In this document: positions 1 to 12,803 of the stretch, piece after piece
Numbering within the stretch: the stretch's first letter is position 1
Layout: every line of letters starts with the position of its first letter
From: Scyliorhinus canicula
Taxonomy: Eukaryota
Direction of reading: 5' to 3'
DNA length: 64,000 nucleotides
NCBI RefSeq assembly: GCF_902713615.1
Contig: NW_024055820.1
Coordinates: forward strand, 310,001-374,000
The notes under the pieces: model-generated
Told to the model about the DNA's origin: nothing
Database searches by the model: none
The model's input: the letters and a program-made list of their open reading frames with translations, nothing else
Translations under genes and position numbers: made by a program

Positions 1-30
1 GTCATTGCTTACTTTGAGAGGAAAAATGTA

Positions 31-345
31 CAGCAGCGCTGTAGTACAGTGGTTAGCACAGCTGCTTCACAGCTCCAGGGTCCCAGCTTCGATTCCCGGC
101 TTGGGGCACTGTCTATGCGGAGTCTGCACGTTCTCCCCGTATCTGCATGGGTTTCCTCCCAAAGTCCAAAGATGTGCATATTAGGTGGATTGGCCATGAT
201 AAAATTGTCCTTAGTGTCCAAAAAAGGTTATTTGGGGTAACTGTGTTACGGGGATAGGGTGGAGGCGTGGCTTTAAGTATGGTGCTCTTTCCAAGAGCGG
301 GTGCAGACACGATGGGCTGAATGGCCTCTTCTGCACTGTAAATTT
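31..345 (+). mobile_element. HE1/V-SINE-like tRNA-derived SINE
   Basis: tggttagcac..gcttcacagctccaggg..ttcgattcc head, ggtggattggccatg core, LINE-like tail. Confidence 0.85.
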
Positions 346-1257
346 ATTTTATGATGATAATGATAACAGTTGCAATCTGCAGTTGCATCACTGAACACAT
401 CTCTGGATCGAGTCACATGAGGACACTGTGAGTATCTGGTGCAGCCAATTAACGTTGGGTCTGAAATCATCGTGAGTGAGAGAGAAGTCAGCGTTTAATG
501 TTGTAATAGAAAAAGCTAATGCTTAATTTGACTCAAGCACCGTTGCACTGTGAATTGGATGAAGTTTGTGTCAGGCAGATAAAATTGCTGAAATTTCTCT
601 GTATGTCAGGCAGAATCTGAGGAGAGAAACGGAGTTCAGTTTCATGTCACTGACAGGTCATCAGCACCAGGTTCATTGCCCTGAAACTAACTGTATTTGT
701 CCCTGAAAATGCGACCCGCCAGAGTAACACTTCTGTTTCTGAGCTGTTTGACTTGGGTTCAAATTCCACCCCAGGATTTGTTGACCATTGAAGGAGTGTT
801 TGTACAACTGAAACAGAATATTTATCAGCCTCCAAAATGCTTCATCATCTCCGCACCTTCCTGTGAGACTGGGAATAATGTGAATGGACAAAAAACAAAC
901 AGATTTTCCATCCGCTTTTTGACCTTTGGGTCTTTCCAGCAGCTTCCGTGGTTATTGTAGATTTCTAGTCTATGTGGGTGGTGCATTCCCTTTGCATTAA
1001 TGTAATGGGAACTGCGAACAGGTCTTGTCGGCATCGATTCATTGGTGGTACGCTTATGCCCTCAGTCAGAAAGTTGTGGGTGCAAGTTCCAGTCCGGAGC
1101 CGCGACACAAAATATAGATCAATTCCTAACATGATAGCTTAGATTAAAATCCTTGGTGTCCATTATCCATTATTTCAGAAACTCAGATAGAGGGAGTAAA
1201 GGAGATAAAAAAATCTGGCCAGTCACTCCATTCAGCGGAACACGGGTTACTGAAATG

Positions 1258-1435
1258 AAATGAAATGAAAATCGCTTATTGTCACGAGTAGGCTTCAAAT
1301 GAAGTTACTGTGAAAAGCCCCTAGTCGCCACATTCCGGCGCCTGTTCGGGGAGGCTGTTACGGGAATCGAAACGTGCTGCTGGCCTGCTTTGGTCTGCTT
1401 TCAAAGCCAGCGATTTAGCCCTGTGCTAAACTGGC
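1258..1435 (-). mobile_element. Second tRNA-derived SINE family with a (TTTCA)n tail; other copies at about 3075-3255, 4215-4340, 12880-13040, 13405-13582, 20350-20510 and 52500-52665
   Basis: Shared gtaggcttcaa..gaagttactgtgaaaagcccctagtcgccacattccggcgcctg motif. Confidence 0.85.
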
Positions 1436-1597
1436 ACATCATTGATGCTTTGAGCTCTCCCCCCCCCCCCCCCCCAATATACTCACCGCCCCCCACCTCC
1501 CTCACACACACATACACTCACACACACACGCACACCTCACCGCTTCTTCTGAGAAAACAAACAGCTTTTCGCCTTGGATTTGCGAAGTGGATTGCAA

Positions 1598-1915
1598 CTG
1601 CCGGGCCCGGGGTCAGACTGGGGCCTGGTATAATAATAATAATCACAGAGATTAATAATCCAGTGTATCAATAACAGAGATGCCGGGCCTTGTGTCAGAC
1701 TGGGGTCTGGTATAATAAGAATCACAGAGACCGGCTCCAGTCTATCAATAACAGAGACTGCCGGGCCCGGGGTCAGACTGGGGTCAGGTATAATAATGAT
1801 CACAGAGACCGGCTCCAGTGTATCAATAACAGAGAGTGCGCGCCGGGGTCAGACTGGGATCTGGTATAATAATAATCACAGAGACCGGCTCCAGTGTATC
1901 AATAACAGAGACTGG
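1598..1915. repeat. Tandem repeat, about 80-bp unit x4
   Basis: Recurring gccggg..ggggtcagactggg..ctggtataataa..atcacagaga..ccagtgtatcaataacagaga. Confidence 0.9.
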
Positions 1916-2289
1916 TGATAACCTTCGGTGAAGGGAGGCAGGGGATCTCTTGAGCAGCTGATTTTAAGAGGAAGTGAAACTATAAGAAAGCAATGATGCT
2001 CCGGGCCCTAGCCCAGGCTTCATTATCATGCTGAGTGACAGGGATGTGTGTCGGAAAAGCGAATTGGAAACTTCATTGAGTGAGGTGCGTGTGATTGACT
2101 CCACCTCGGATCGTTTATACCCAATGGGAGGACAATTATGGCAGACCCTATACTGGTGCATCTGTCGGGGGAAACAAAAACATCTGTTTCTTCTTATTGT
2201 TACGCACAGTTCTCCATTTATACAGACACACGAGAGCCGGTTCCGGCAGCTTATGAACCCTATATTTCTTTCGTAGATTTAGAGTATCC

Positions 2290-2490
2290 ATTTATTTATA
2301 TTTTCAATTAAGGGGCAATGTAGCGTGGCCAATCCACCTAACCTTCACAGCTTTGGGTTGTGGGGGTGAAAACCACGCGGTCACGGGGAGAAGATGCAAA
2401 CTCCTCACGGACAGGGGCCCAGGACCGGGATCGTACTCGAGTCTTCAGATGCGTAGGCAGCAGTGCTAACCATTGCACCACCGTACCGTC
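2290..2490 (-). mobile_element. HE1/V-SINE-like SINE
   Basis: Reverse complement of the same head and core. Confidence 0.75.
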
Positions 2491-4869
2491 CGAGTTTATG
2501 GACACTTATGTTTAAATTATCAGATCGGGACACAAAGACTAAAAGCCAAAGCCTCATCACAGGAAGAATTAGTGCCACAAATGTTAAAGATAGTTGTTGT
2601 TTTTCGAAACAAATGCTATTTATTGTTACTTTGTCCAAAGTAGTGGATTGCAAACAGCGACGAACCTCTGTAAGATTCGTGGCAATTATCTACACACCCA
2701 GGTTCTGCCTAAAGACAGGATTAGCAGAAGAGCAAAGCTGTGTAATGATTGCATTTTATTCGGCCTCAATGAAGGACAGGGGTAGATACAGAAAAGGCGC
2801 TGGGACAATGATTAGAGATGAACCACTCAACTGGTCCCAGTCCTCTCATCCTTCAAATATTTATCCATCATTTTCCAAAGTTCCTGTTAAATCTGATTCC
2901 ATCATACTTTCCAGATGTGAGTTGCAGTTTATAACAACTGGCTGTGTGAAAACAATCCTCCTGTTCAATACAGTAAATCTGTGTCCTCTGGTTACAGACC
3001 CTCCTGCCAGTTGTAATAGTCTCTCTTTAATTATTCTATTCAAACCTTGATGGTTTTGTTTTAGAAGTTTAATTAATGAAATGAAAATTGCTTATTATCA
3101 CGAGTAGGCTTCAATTAAGTTACTGTGAAAAGCCCCTAGTCGCCACATTCCGGCGCCTGTCCGGGGAGGCTGGTACGGGAATCGAACCATGCTGCTGGCC
3201 TGCTTGGCCTGTTTTAAAAGCCAGCGATTTAGCCTGGTGAGCTAAACCAGCCCCTAAACAGACACACATAAAGATGGAGAAAGATACAGAGAGAGAGAGT
3301 GAAACTGAGCGAAGAAATTAGAAAGAGAGACGTGGGGTTGAGAGATAAAATCTGAGAAACAGTAAAGACAAATTACACAGGGAGAGGGAGAATGATAAAA
3401 TAGTGAAATGGAACAAGATATCATTTCCTGGCTTCAGAGAACCGGGGAAACTCAGTGACTGATCCACTGACCATCCAGTTATGTCCTGGAATGGAAGCTT
3501 TGAACAGATCACAACAGGTTCATTTGTAAATGTCACCGCAATGTGATCTGTGTGAGTCTGCACTGACTCTGTGGGCAGATATAGGCCGCATTAACAGATG
3601 TTCTCACCAGATTGTGGTCCCTGGATTTATTTTCTGCTCAGAAGTGAGATGTGCGGTTTGCAACCGGCAGCAGAGAAACAGGAAGTTGTGTTACCTGAGA
3701 ATGAAACAGCAGGCGTCAGTTTCATGTTATCACCGTGAACAGTCTTCCTGCCTGTGAGGGTGAACTCACTCTGACAGCATCAAGAACACCCACACAGATT
3801 GCTGCCGTTCTCAGCATTACATCCACATCCATTCCCATTCCCTTGAAAAAGTTAGATTATTTATTTAGAAACACAGTAACCGATCGGGAGATGCACAGAT
3901 GATCTTCACTGGTCATAATACAAATAATAATCTGGAGAGATGAAGGGAAATTAAAGCAACAATCTGTTAACATAGGTTATACTAATGTAGAAAGTTTGAA
4001 GTCACTTGGTGTCTGAGAACGAGAGAGAGAGGGGGGGGGGGGAGAGAGGGGTGGGGGGGGGGGGGGGGGGCGGGGAGAGCGGTTAAGTGAATGAGCTGGT
4101 GCCTTTCTGGCACATAATTTTCCTCTGATGACGTTTTGGTGCTTAATTATTTTCAGAAGTGCCTTCAGCAAAAAAGATTTAAACACTAGGTGCCATTTAA
4201 ACACTAGGTTCCAGACTCGGCTGGCCAGTACAACGGTGCCAACCTCTCCGAATAGACGCTGGAATGTGGCGACTAGGGGCGTTTCACAGTAGCTTCATTG
4301 ACGCCTACTCGTGACAATAAGCATTTTTCATTTCATTTCATACACACACAGTTTCAGACTCTGTCTCTCACAATCAGTGGCCACACCAAAAGCAAACAGA
4401 AATCCATTCAGGAAACAGGGTGAAAGACAATTCGGACCATGAAAGGAAACAGTGGGTAATTGCCACAGATGAACACAAGTCTGAATTAGTCATATCTAAC
4501 ACAATGGAGTTTGTGACTGTGTTGTGCAATGTGAAGTTCAATATGCCCCCTGTGTTTCTGTTCCTCAGCCTGGTGATGAAGTGAATGTCACAAGATTCGC
4601 TCCAACCTACAGCAAAATATTACACACCCATTACCAGACCAATCACACAACACCAAATAGTTATTCATTATGGTTTTGTAAGTGAATTAAATCTGAGAGA
4701 GAACAGAGATATTAATTAATCTAGGTGTAGTCTGAAACAAAGATATGAGAACAGATCATCAGGAGGTTTCAAGATTTATTTGCCTTTGCAACGAACTTCC
4801 ATGACAGCTAATAGTTATTGACACGACAAAATGTATTCTTCCAAACACAAGTGAGTTCCCCTTTTCACG

Positions 4870-5215
4870 CACAAGGCAGTGGGGCAGTGGTATTGTCGCT
4901 GGACTAGTAATCCAGAGACCCAGAGTCAAGCTCTGGGGACCCGGGCTCCCACCACGGCAGGTGGTGAAATTTCAATCAAGAATGATCTGGAATTAAAAGT
5001 ATAATGATGACCATGAAACCATTGTTCTGTGTAATCAAAACCCATCTGGTTCACTGATGTCCTTCAGGGAAGGATATCTGTCACCCTTACCTAGTCTGGT
5101 CTGCATATGACTCCAGATGACTCCACAGCAATGTCGTTGACTCTTAAATGCCCTCAGGGATGGGTAAGAACTGTAGGATCAGCCAGCGACATCCACATCC
5201 CATGAAAGAATAGAA
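4870..5215 (+). mobile_element. Deu-domain SINE (SacSINE1/AmnSINE-like); further remnants at about 13590-14340 and 18540-19270
   Basis: cccatctggttcactgatgtccttcagggaagg...tgactccag...ttgactcttaaatgccctc core. Confidence 0.7.
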
Positions 5216-5244
5216 CGTATTTAGTATATTGAAAATAAAATTCC

Positions 5245-5263
5245 ATCTTTCTTTCTTTCTTTC

Positions 5264-5294
<31 letters not shown>

Positions 5295-5300
5295 TCCTTC
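5245..5300. repeat. (CTTT)n microsatellite
   Basis: Direct reading. Confidence 0.9.
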
Positions 5301-5945
5301 ATCTATCTATCAACCTTTATTTTTTTCCATTCATTTGCGCGATATATCGCCACTGATTGGGTCAGCAATTATGGCCCATTCCAAGTTGCCATTCAGAAGG
5401 TGGTGGTGAGCTGCCGCCTTGAATCGCTGCAGTCCCTGATATACAGTTACACCCATATAGTATTAGCGAGAGATATCCAGTATTTTCACCCAGCCACAGT
5501 GAAGGAACGGCGATATATTTCCAAGTCAAAGTGTTGAGTGACTTGGAGAGGAATCTCCAGTTGGTGGTGTTCCAATGTATCTGCTGCTCTGGTCCTTGTT
5601 GATGGTTGTAGCCGTGGGTCTGGTAGGTGCTGAATATGAAACCTTCATCAGTTCCAACAGTAAATCTTGTGGACGGCAACAATCAAGCGACTGATTTGTC
5701 CTGGATGGTGTAAAGCTTCTTGAGATTTGTTGAAGCTGCACTCCAGACAAGTGGAGAGTATTCCATTACACTTCAGACTTTTGCCTAGCAGATGATGGAC
5801 AGGCTTTGGGCAATCGGGATGTGAGTTACTCGCCACAGGATTTCTACACTTTGAACTGCTCTGGCAGCCACAGCATTCGTCTGGCTTGTCCAGTTCAGTT
5901 TCCGGTCAATGACAACACCCAGGATGTCGATTGTGCGGTAATCAA
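5290..5945 (-). mobile_element. CR1/L2-clade LINE 3' fragment
   Basis: Motif gatatatttccaagtcaaagtgttgagtgacttggagaggaatctccag recurs across the window in LINE fragments. Confidence 0.6.
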
Positions 5946-6751
5946 TGCAAATAAATCTGTTGCATTATTCTGTGGGGGAAGACTTCAGCTGTGAATGAAA
6001 TAGAGTCTTACAAAATAATATCAGAGAGTAGGCTTAACATAATATGAATGGAAACTTGGTGCAGTTGAACAACTGCTCCGAAATGGCAACTTCTAACATG
6101 TACAGCAGCATGGATTCATGCATCAATTAATTAATCCGCACATAATGTAATATTAACAGATATAAGGTCCAATGCAATGATTAAAAAAGAGTCAATTGCA
6201 GTAGAGAGAGGTGTTTCTCAGTGCATTTCTGAATGTGACTGCACCTATTTGTTAAAACAGTAAACACAGTCTCGTGCAGTCATTACTGAGAAAGGGTGAA
6301 TAGTAGTATGTATAGAAACACTGTCCCTCTTATTCAAATGTTTAACTGCAGAGAGCATTATATCCACAGATACAATGCTGAGGGAAGGATAAAACGAAAC
6401 ATGGTCCTGTTCAATCATTCCAGAGACAAGACCCAGGCTAATAATATTTGTTATACGGTTAAGCACAGTGATAACTGAAGCAGGGATGAATGTAATACTA
6501 CGAAACAAAATGTGCAGTAAAATATCAATAAATACATCGTCTAACTACAAGTAAAAACTCAACTAGAGTAACTTATCGAGGCCACAGAAATATGATCTAA
6601 TGTATTAATAACTGGAATAATATCGAAAAATATAAACACTGAGAGGGTCTAATTGAGAGAGAACTGAGAAAGGACCTATTTTATTTTAAACAGAGATGTG
6701 GAGGAGTGCGGTAATAAATGAGATGTAACCCATTGCACGATTAATATTGTA

Positions 6752-7095
6752 AGAAGTCTTACAACACCAGGTTAAAGTCCAACAGGTTTGTTTCAAACAC
6801 TATCTTTCGGAGCACTGCTCCTTCCTCAGGTGAATGAAGAGGTTTGTTCCAGAAACATATATACAGACAAATTCAAAGATGCCAGTCAGTGCTTAGAATG
6901 CGAATATTTGCAGGTAATTAAGTCTTTACAGATCCAGAGATGGGGTAATCCCAGGTTAAAGAGGTGTGAATTGTCTCAGGCAAGGACAGTTGGTAGGCTT
7001 TTGCAAGCCCAGGCCAGATGGTGGAGGATGAATGTAATGCGACATGAATCCCAGGTCCCGATTGAGGCTGCGCTCATGTCTGCCAAACATGGCTA
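6752..7095 (-). mobile_element. Penelope-like element fragment with a hammerhead-type core
   Basis: aagtcttacaacaccaggttaaagtccaac end; minus strand CTGAGGA-AGGAGCAGTGCTCC-GAAA. Confidence 0.65.
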
Positions 7096-7700
7096 TAAGT
7101 TTATGCTCGGCGATTCTGCAGTGACCTCTCCTTTCCTGTTTCTAACCTCAGCCCATACTATCTCAGTGGACGAGTCCTCTTCAAACTTCCTTTCTGCCAC
7201 CGTAATACTGTCCTTGACTAGCAATGCCACCCCTCCCCCTCTTTTACCACCTTCCCTGAGCTTACTGAAATATCTAAACCCAGGCACCTGCAACAACCAT
7301 TCCTGTCCCTGCTCTATCCATGTCTCTGAAATGGCCACAACATCGAAGTCCCAGGTACCAATCCATGCCGCAAGTTCACCCAACTTATTCCGGATGCTCC
7401 TGGCACTGAAGAAGCCACACTTTAAACCAACTTCCTGCCTGATGGTACACTCCTGCAACTTTGAAACCTTACTCATGAAAGATCCTCACTCTTGGGTGAA
7501 AAAATGTCTCCTCATCTCTGTCCGAAATGAAACCTGTATCCTCAGACTATGGCCCCAAGTTCTGGACACACCCATCATAGGTAACAGCTTCCCTGCATCT
7601 ACCCTGTCTAGTCCTGTTAGAATTTTATAAGCCTCTATGAGAGCCCCACTCATTCTTCTTAACTCCAGCAAGAACAATCCTGACGTAGTCAATCTCTCTT
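7096..7700 (-). mobile_element. CR1 LINE ORF2 fragments (endonuclease N-terminus and ORF2 C-terminus)
   Basis: SARSIRNK...DVVAISETW...KRGGGVALLVK; EAYKILTGLDRVD...GHSL..FFTQ. Confidence 0.85.
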
Positions 7701-8079
7701 CATATGACAGTCCCGCGGTCCCTGGTGTTGTAACAAGGATGCGTCCAGCCTAGGCTGCAACAGGTCACTGGCTTTTTCATGTACACAGGCAGATAGGTGG
7801 CAGATAAAATTCAATGCAGAGAAGTGATGCATTAAAACTAAATATTGAGGGGGGTGGGGGGGTGGGGTGCGGGTCGGTTGTCTGGAAAGTTAGGAAACCA
7901 AAGTTAAAAGAGAAGGTGAGAGTGCAGTGAGAATGATCAGGACATTAACCAAGTAAAACGGACCGAGGGCTCAGGGGAGGTTTGTAAAGTTTCCAGAACA
8001 CGTCCGAGAGTAGGGAGTATGAAATGTGGCAGGTATGCAACTTCAGGCACAGCAGAAAAACGGACAATGTAGAGAAGGG

Positions 8080-8927
8080 ATGGTCAACGCAGAACTGGGG
8101 GTGGTGTACCTAAATGTGCACAGTGTACGAAACAAGGTAAATGAACTCTTGCACTCATTGGAATTGGGCGGTACGATGTTGCGGACATCAGAGAAACGTG
8201 GCTGCGAGGGAATCAGGGCTGGGATCTAAATATCCAAGGATATGTGTCCTATCGAAAGGACAGGTAGATGGGAAAAGGGAGCGGGGTTGCATTGCGAGTA
8301 AGGAATGAAATTAACTCGATAGCAAGAAACACTTTAGGGTCAGAAGGCATAGAATCCCTGTGGGCAGAGTTGCCGAATCGCAAAGGAACAAAGACACTGA
8401 TGAGAGTTACATTCAGCCCCCGAGCCGTAGTCAGAATGTGGGGCAGAAAATAAATCAGGCGATAGAAGCAATATTACACTAATCATGGGTGACTTCAATA
8501 TGCAGGAGGACAGGGAAAGTCAGGCTGGGGGCAGATCCCAAGAAAAAGAATTTGTGGAACATCGACGGAGCAGCTTGTGATAGAGCCCAGTCGGGAACAG
8601 GCAATTGTGCATTTGGTGATGTGTAATGAGGTAGACTTGAATAGGGAACTTCAGGTGAAGGAACCCTCACGGGGCAATCACCACAATATGATAGAATTCA
8701 CCCTGCAGTTTGGGAGGTAGAAGCTGGAATCAAATGGAACGGTTATACAATTGAATAAAGGTAACTACAAAGATAAAGGGAGGACCTGGCCAGAGTTGAT
8801 TGGAAAGGGAGCTGAGCAGGAAGACAGTGGAACAGCAGTGGCAGGACGTTTTGGGGAATATTGGCGAGGCACTGCACAAATTCATCCCAAGGCAGAGGAA
8901 CCATGCTAAGGGGAGGACAGGGCATCC
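8080..8927 (+). mobile_element. Decayed CR1 LINE endonuclease region (continues after 10083)
   Basis: YLNVHSVRNK, GSGVAL and IMGDFN motifs with stops and frameshifts. Confidence 0.8.
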
Positions 8928-10082
8928 GTTTTTTAAAAGTATTTCTATTAAGGTTTTGCAGAATTTTTCATAATAAAACAATAGTAACAATAATAACAAA
9001 ACAAACTAGAGTGAACATTAACTTAGCGTAAAAAGAGAATATAAAATAACAATTAAATAGACATTACCCCACGTGACCTAGTCTTCCCACACCATTCCAA
9101 TGAAGCACTCACTCCCCCCCCCCCCCGCCCCGACCCTCCCCCCCCCCCCCCCCCCCACTACGGTTTGCTGCTGCTGCCGACATTTTAATTTTCTCCAAGA
9201 AAGTCGAAGAACGGGTGCTACCTCCGAGAGAGCCCTAGCATAGGCCCTCTTGAGGCAAACTTTATTTTCTCGAGGCTGAGAAACCCAGCCATGTCGGTAA
9301 CCCAGGTTTCTACACTCGGGGGCTTCGAGTACCTCCACATTAATAAAATCAATCTCTGGGCTACTAAGGAGGCAAAGGGCAAGACGTCGGCCTCTTTCGC
9401 CCCGTGAACTCTCAGGTCTTCTGCCACTCCGAATATCGCTATCTCTGGACTTGGCACCACCCGTGCGTTAAGCACCTTGGATTTTGCCCTCGTGAACCCT
9501 TGCCAGAACTCTCTAAGTTCCGGGCATGCCCAAAACATGTGTGTGGACATGGTTTGCAGGGCTGCCCTTGCACCTCACACAACTGTCCTCTACCCCAAAA
9601 AACTTGCTCATTCTCGCTGCTGTCATGTGTGCCAGTCTAAATTGAATTAGACTGAGCCTGGCACATGATGAGGAGGAATTAACCCTGCCCAGGACCTCTG
9701 CCCACAGACCCGCTTCCAACTCCTCACCAACTCCTCCTCCCAGTTACACCTGAGCTGCTCCACCGGGGTTTCCTCCGCCTCCTGTAGTTCCTGGTAGATA
9801 TCCGACACCTTCCCTTCCCCCACCCAGGTGCCGGAGACCACTCTGTCCTGCATCCTCAGTGGCGGCAGCGTCGGAAAGGCCACTACCTGTTTTTTCAGGA
9901 AGGCTCGTGTTTGCAGATATTTGAAGGTGTTTCCTGGCGGCAGATTACATTTGTCCTCTAGCGCCTTCAAACTGGGAAAGCTTCCGTCTATGAACAGATC
10001 TCCCATCCTTCTGATGCCTGCCCTCTGCCAGCTCTGGAACCCACCATCCATCCTACCCGGGACAAACCTGTGGTTCTTGCAT
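8928..10082 (-). mobile_element. 5'-truncated L1/Tx1-clade LINE (ORF2 C-terminus) inserted in CR1
   Basis: CVRC..H..HMFWACP zinc knuckle; GAGGACAGGGCATCC 15-bp TSD at 8913-8927 and 10083-10097. Confidence 0.85.
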
Positions 10083-10289
10083 GAGGACAGGGCATCCATG
10101 GTTGTCAAGGGAAGTCAAGGACAGCATAAAAGCAAAGGAATAAGCATACAATATGGCGAAGATTAATGGGATGCCAAAGGATACGGAAGCTTTTAAAAGC
10201 TGATATAATGTAAAAGCTAATAAAGATTTTTATTATTACTTTTGAACTGTGGGCACTGTTTCTACGTTTTCATACGATGCCAAGATACG

Positions 10290-10715
10290 TAGAGGAACAA
10301 GTCGTGCTGCGGAAGCAGAGAGGCTGCAAAAAGACCTGGTCAGGCTAAGAAACGATGTGCTGGCCTTGGAGAAGCTCCAGAAGAGATTCACAAGACTGAT
10401 CCTCGGAATGACGGACTTGTCATATGAGGAGTGGTTGAGGACTCTGGGTCTCTGCTGGATAGAGTTTAGAAGGATGAGGTGCTGTGAGGGGAGTGGGGCG
10501 CGGGGCGGGGGCGGGGGTGGGGTCACATTGAAACTTACAGAATAGCGAGAGGCCTAGTAGGTGAAACTAGAACCCAAGGGCACAGCCTTAGATTTAAGGG
10601 ACGAGCCTTCAAAACTGAGAATTCATTCAGCCAGAGTGTCTTGAATCTGTGGAACTCATTCCCGCCGCAGGCTGTGGAGGGCAAATCACTGAGTGTCTTT
10701 AAGGGAACTGAGGTA
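10290..10715 (+). mobile_element. CR1 LINE 3' fragment
   Basis: ALEKLQKRFTRLILGMTDLSYEEWL motif. Confidence 0.8.
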
Positions 10716-11999
10716 ACGATGAGTAGGGAGTGAATACCAGAGCTTAGGACTGAGGCATATGTAGACATCGCAAAGTGAACCAAATAATTCTGAAGATAAC
10801 AATACGTCTTGATCGATTGGATTTGCAAAAATTAAGAAAAATGTTTCATATACACACCTACATGAACGACCAATACGTCTGGGCAGCGATTTTAGTTGCT
10901 CTTCTTAACCAGATGAGTATTGAATGATTGGGTGGATATTTCTCCTATGGGTGCCCATCATTAGCATCGTGGCGATACTGTGGGAACACGGTTGTGTCTA
11001 ACTCTGCCAGTGCATCAGGTTATTGGTTAATATAAATCGAGAGACAATAGGAACATGGTCCGGTGTAATATCAACAGGCACAGGCCCTGGTGTGATGTAA
11101 AGATACAAATTCCTGTGGAATATAGAAGAGGCGAAACTTAATGTAATATAATCCCATACATGTTCTAGCGTGTAATTAATTTAGTGCAGCTCAAACAGTA
11201 CAGTGTAGTATAGACAGGGACAGGGGTTACTTTAATAGAAATAAAGACAGGGTCTCATTCAACATGAGAAGAAACAGATTTGATGTAATACAGTGACATA
11301 GAAAATAGAGCAGCAGTGGACCATTCTGCCCTTCGAGCCTGCTCCGCTGTTCATTATGATCATGGCACCTCAGTAACCTGTTCCCACTTTCCCCCATATC
11401 ATCTGGTCCCTTCAGAGTTTTGATCCCCAAGAGCTATATCTAACTCTTGCTTGAAAACATACAATACTGTGGACTTAACTTCGTTCTGTGGTAGAGAATT
11501 CCACAGGCTCTCGACTCCCAGGGTGAAGATAATGCCCCTCATCTCAGTCCTAAATGTTTTACCCCATATCCTTAGTCAGTGACCCCTGATTCTATCTCCC
11601 CCGCCATCGGGACCATCCTTTCTGCATCCGCCCTGTCTAGTCCTAATACAATTTGATAGGTTTATAATCAGAGGGGGGATTTAATATTTCATAAATTCGT
11701 GTCTTCTGATTTCTGGCCCTCCTGCCAGTGAATTAAGTTTCTTCCTAATTAATCAAACAAAACCCTTCATAATTGTGACCATTTTTATCACGCCTCCCAA
11801 AAACTGCTCAGTTCTAAGGAAAACAATTCCATCTTCCAACCGCTCTGTCCGTGCAGCTGATGCAGTGGGAAGATCAGGTTGTAAATATTTTTCTGCCTTG
11901 CTTGTGTTCAGATACTATTTTTGGAATTACTGACATTTTATATGGAGCCAGTGGAATTCCCATTCACCAATACCATCCTGTCCGAATTAGACACATGAC

Positions 12000-12215
12000 G
12001 GGGGCAGCAGGGTGGTGCAGTGGTTAGCACTGCTGCCTCACAGTGCCGAGGTACCAGGTCCGATCCTGACTCTCGGTCCCTGACCGCGTGAAGTTTGCAC
12101 ATTCTCCCCGTGTCTGCGTGGGTTTCACCCCCAAAACCCGAAGATGTGCAGGGTAGGTGAATTGGCTGCGCTAAATTGCCCTTTGATTTGGAAAAAAATA
12201 ATTGGTTACTCTAAA
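12000..12215 (+). mobile_element. HE1/V-SINE-like SINE (only in duplication copy A)
   Basis: gggcagcagggtggtgcagtggttagcactgctgcctcacag head. Confidence 0.8.
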
Positions 12216-12729
12216 TTTATAATAAGACACAAGACTAATAAAAGACTATCCTCTGAAAATTAAATTGACCCATGTTAGGCTGGACCCAGAATTAGAACTT
12301 TAGATACACTGAGCAATAGTTCAGAATGTAATGTCAACATGCAAGCCATGACAGGTTAACAGTCCTGTCTCAGTGGAATCAATATCACTTCTCACAACAG
12401 ATACCTGAGCCCATGATCCAGATGTGACCCAATGCAGGAGTATTTTATGTTTCAGTTGCTCCATCTTTTAGATGTGATGATATTACAGTCTTAGGGCTGC
12501 TTCAAAATATTATTACTGGACTGGTAATCTGGATGCTTGAACAATTACTTCAGAGACTCGAGTACAAATTCCACCAGGGCATATTGCAATGATGTGAGCA
12601 GTTTGGGTCTCCTTACCAAGGGGTAGATATTTTGAAGGCAGTACAGAGAAGGTTAATCTCGGGTATGGATAGATTTTCACAGATAGCTGGAATTAAGAGG
12701 TTCTTCGGTCCATCAAATAGAGAAGAATC

Positions 12730-12803
12730 CGGCCCTGGATAGTCTTGAAACACAGACCTTTCGGTTTACAGCGAAAAGCGTTGACCAATTGCACCACAGA
12801 GAC
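12730..12803 (-). pseudogene. Degenerate tRNA-Asn-derived pseudogene
   Basis: Reverse complement GTCTCTGTGGTGCAATTGGTCAACGCTTTTCGCTGTAAACCGAAAGGTCTGTGTTTCAAGACTATCCAGGGCCG aligns end to end with vertebrate tRNA-Asn(GTT); anticodon loop and stems mutated. Confidence 0.75.

Noticed and set aside
2463-3050. 195-aa plus-strand ORF
   Set aside because: Starts within a SINE, has no domain, and composition is intergenic
4569-4677. Possible isolated exon (ctgttcctcag acceptor, GTAAGT donor)
   Set aside because: Translation PGDEVNVTRFAPTY... has no recognisable homology and no partner exons were found
5945-5952. ATGCAAAT octamer
   Set aside because: At the edge of a LINE fragment, far from any V leader; likely chance
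6788-7630. 280-aa plus-strand ORF
   Set aside because: Antisense to Penelope and CR1 fragments; no recognisable protein
12730-12803. Functional tRNA gene
   Set aside because: Anticodon loop, T-loop and stem pairing are mutated, so it is listed as a pseudogene
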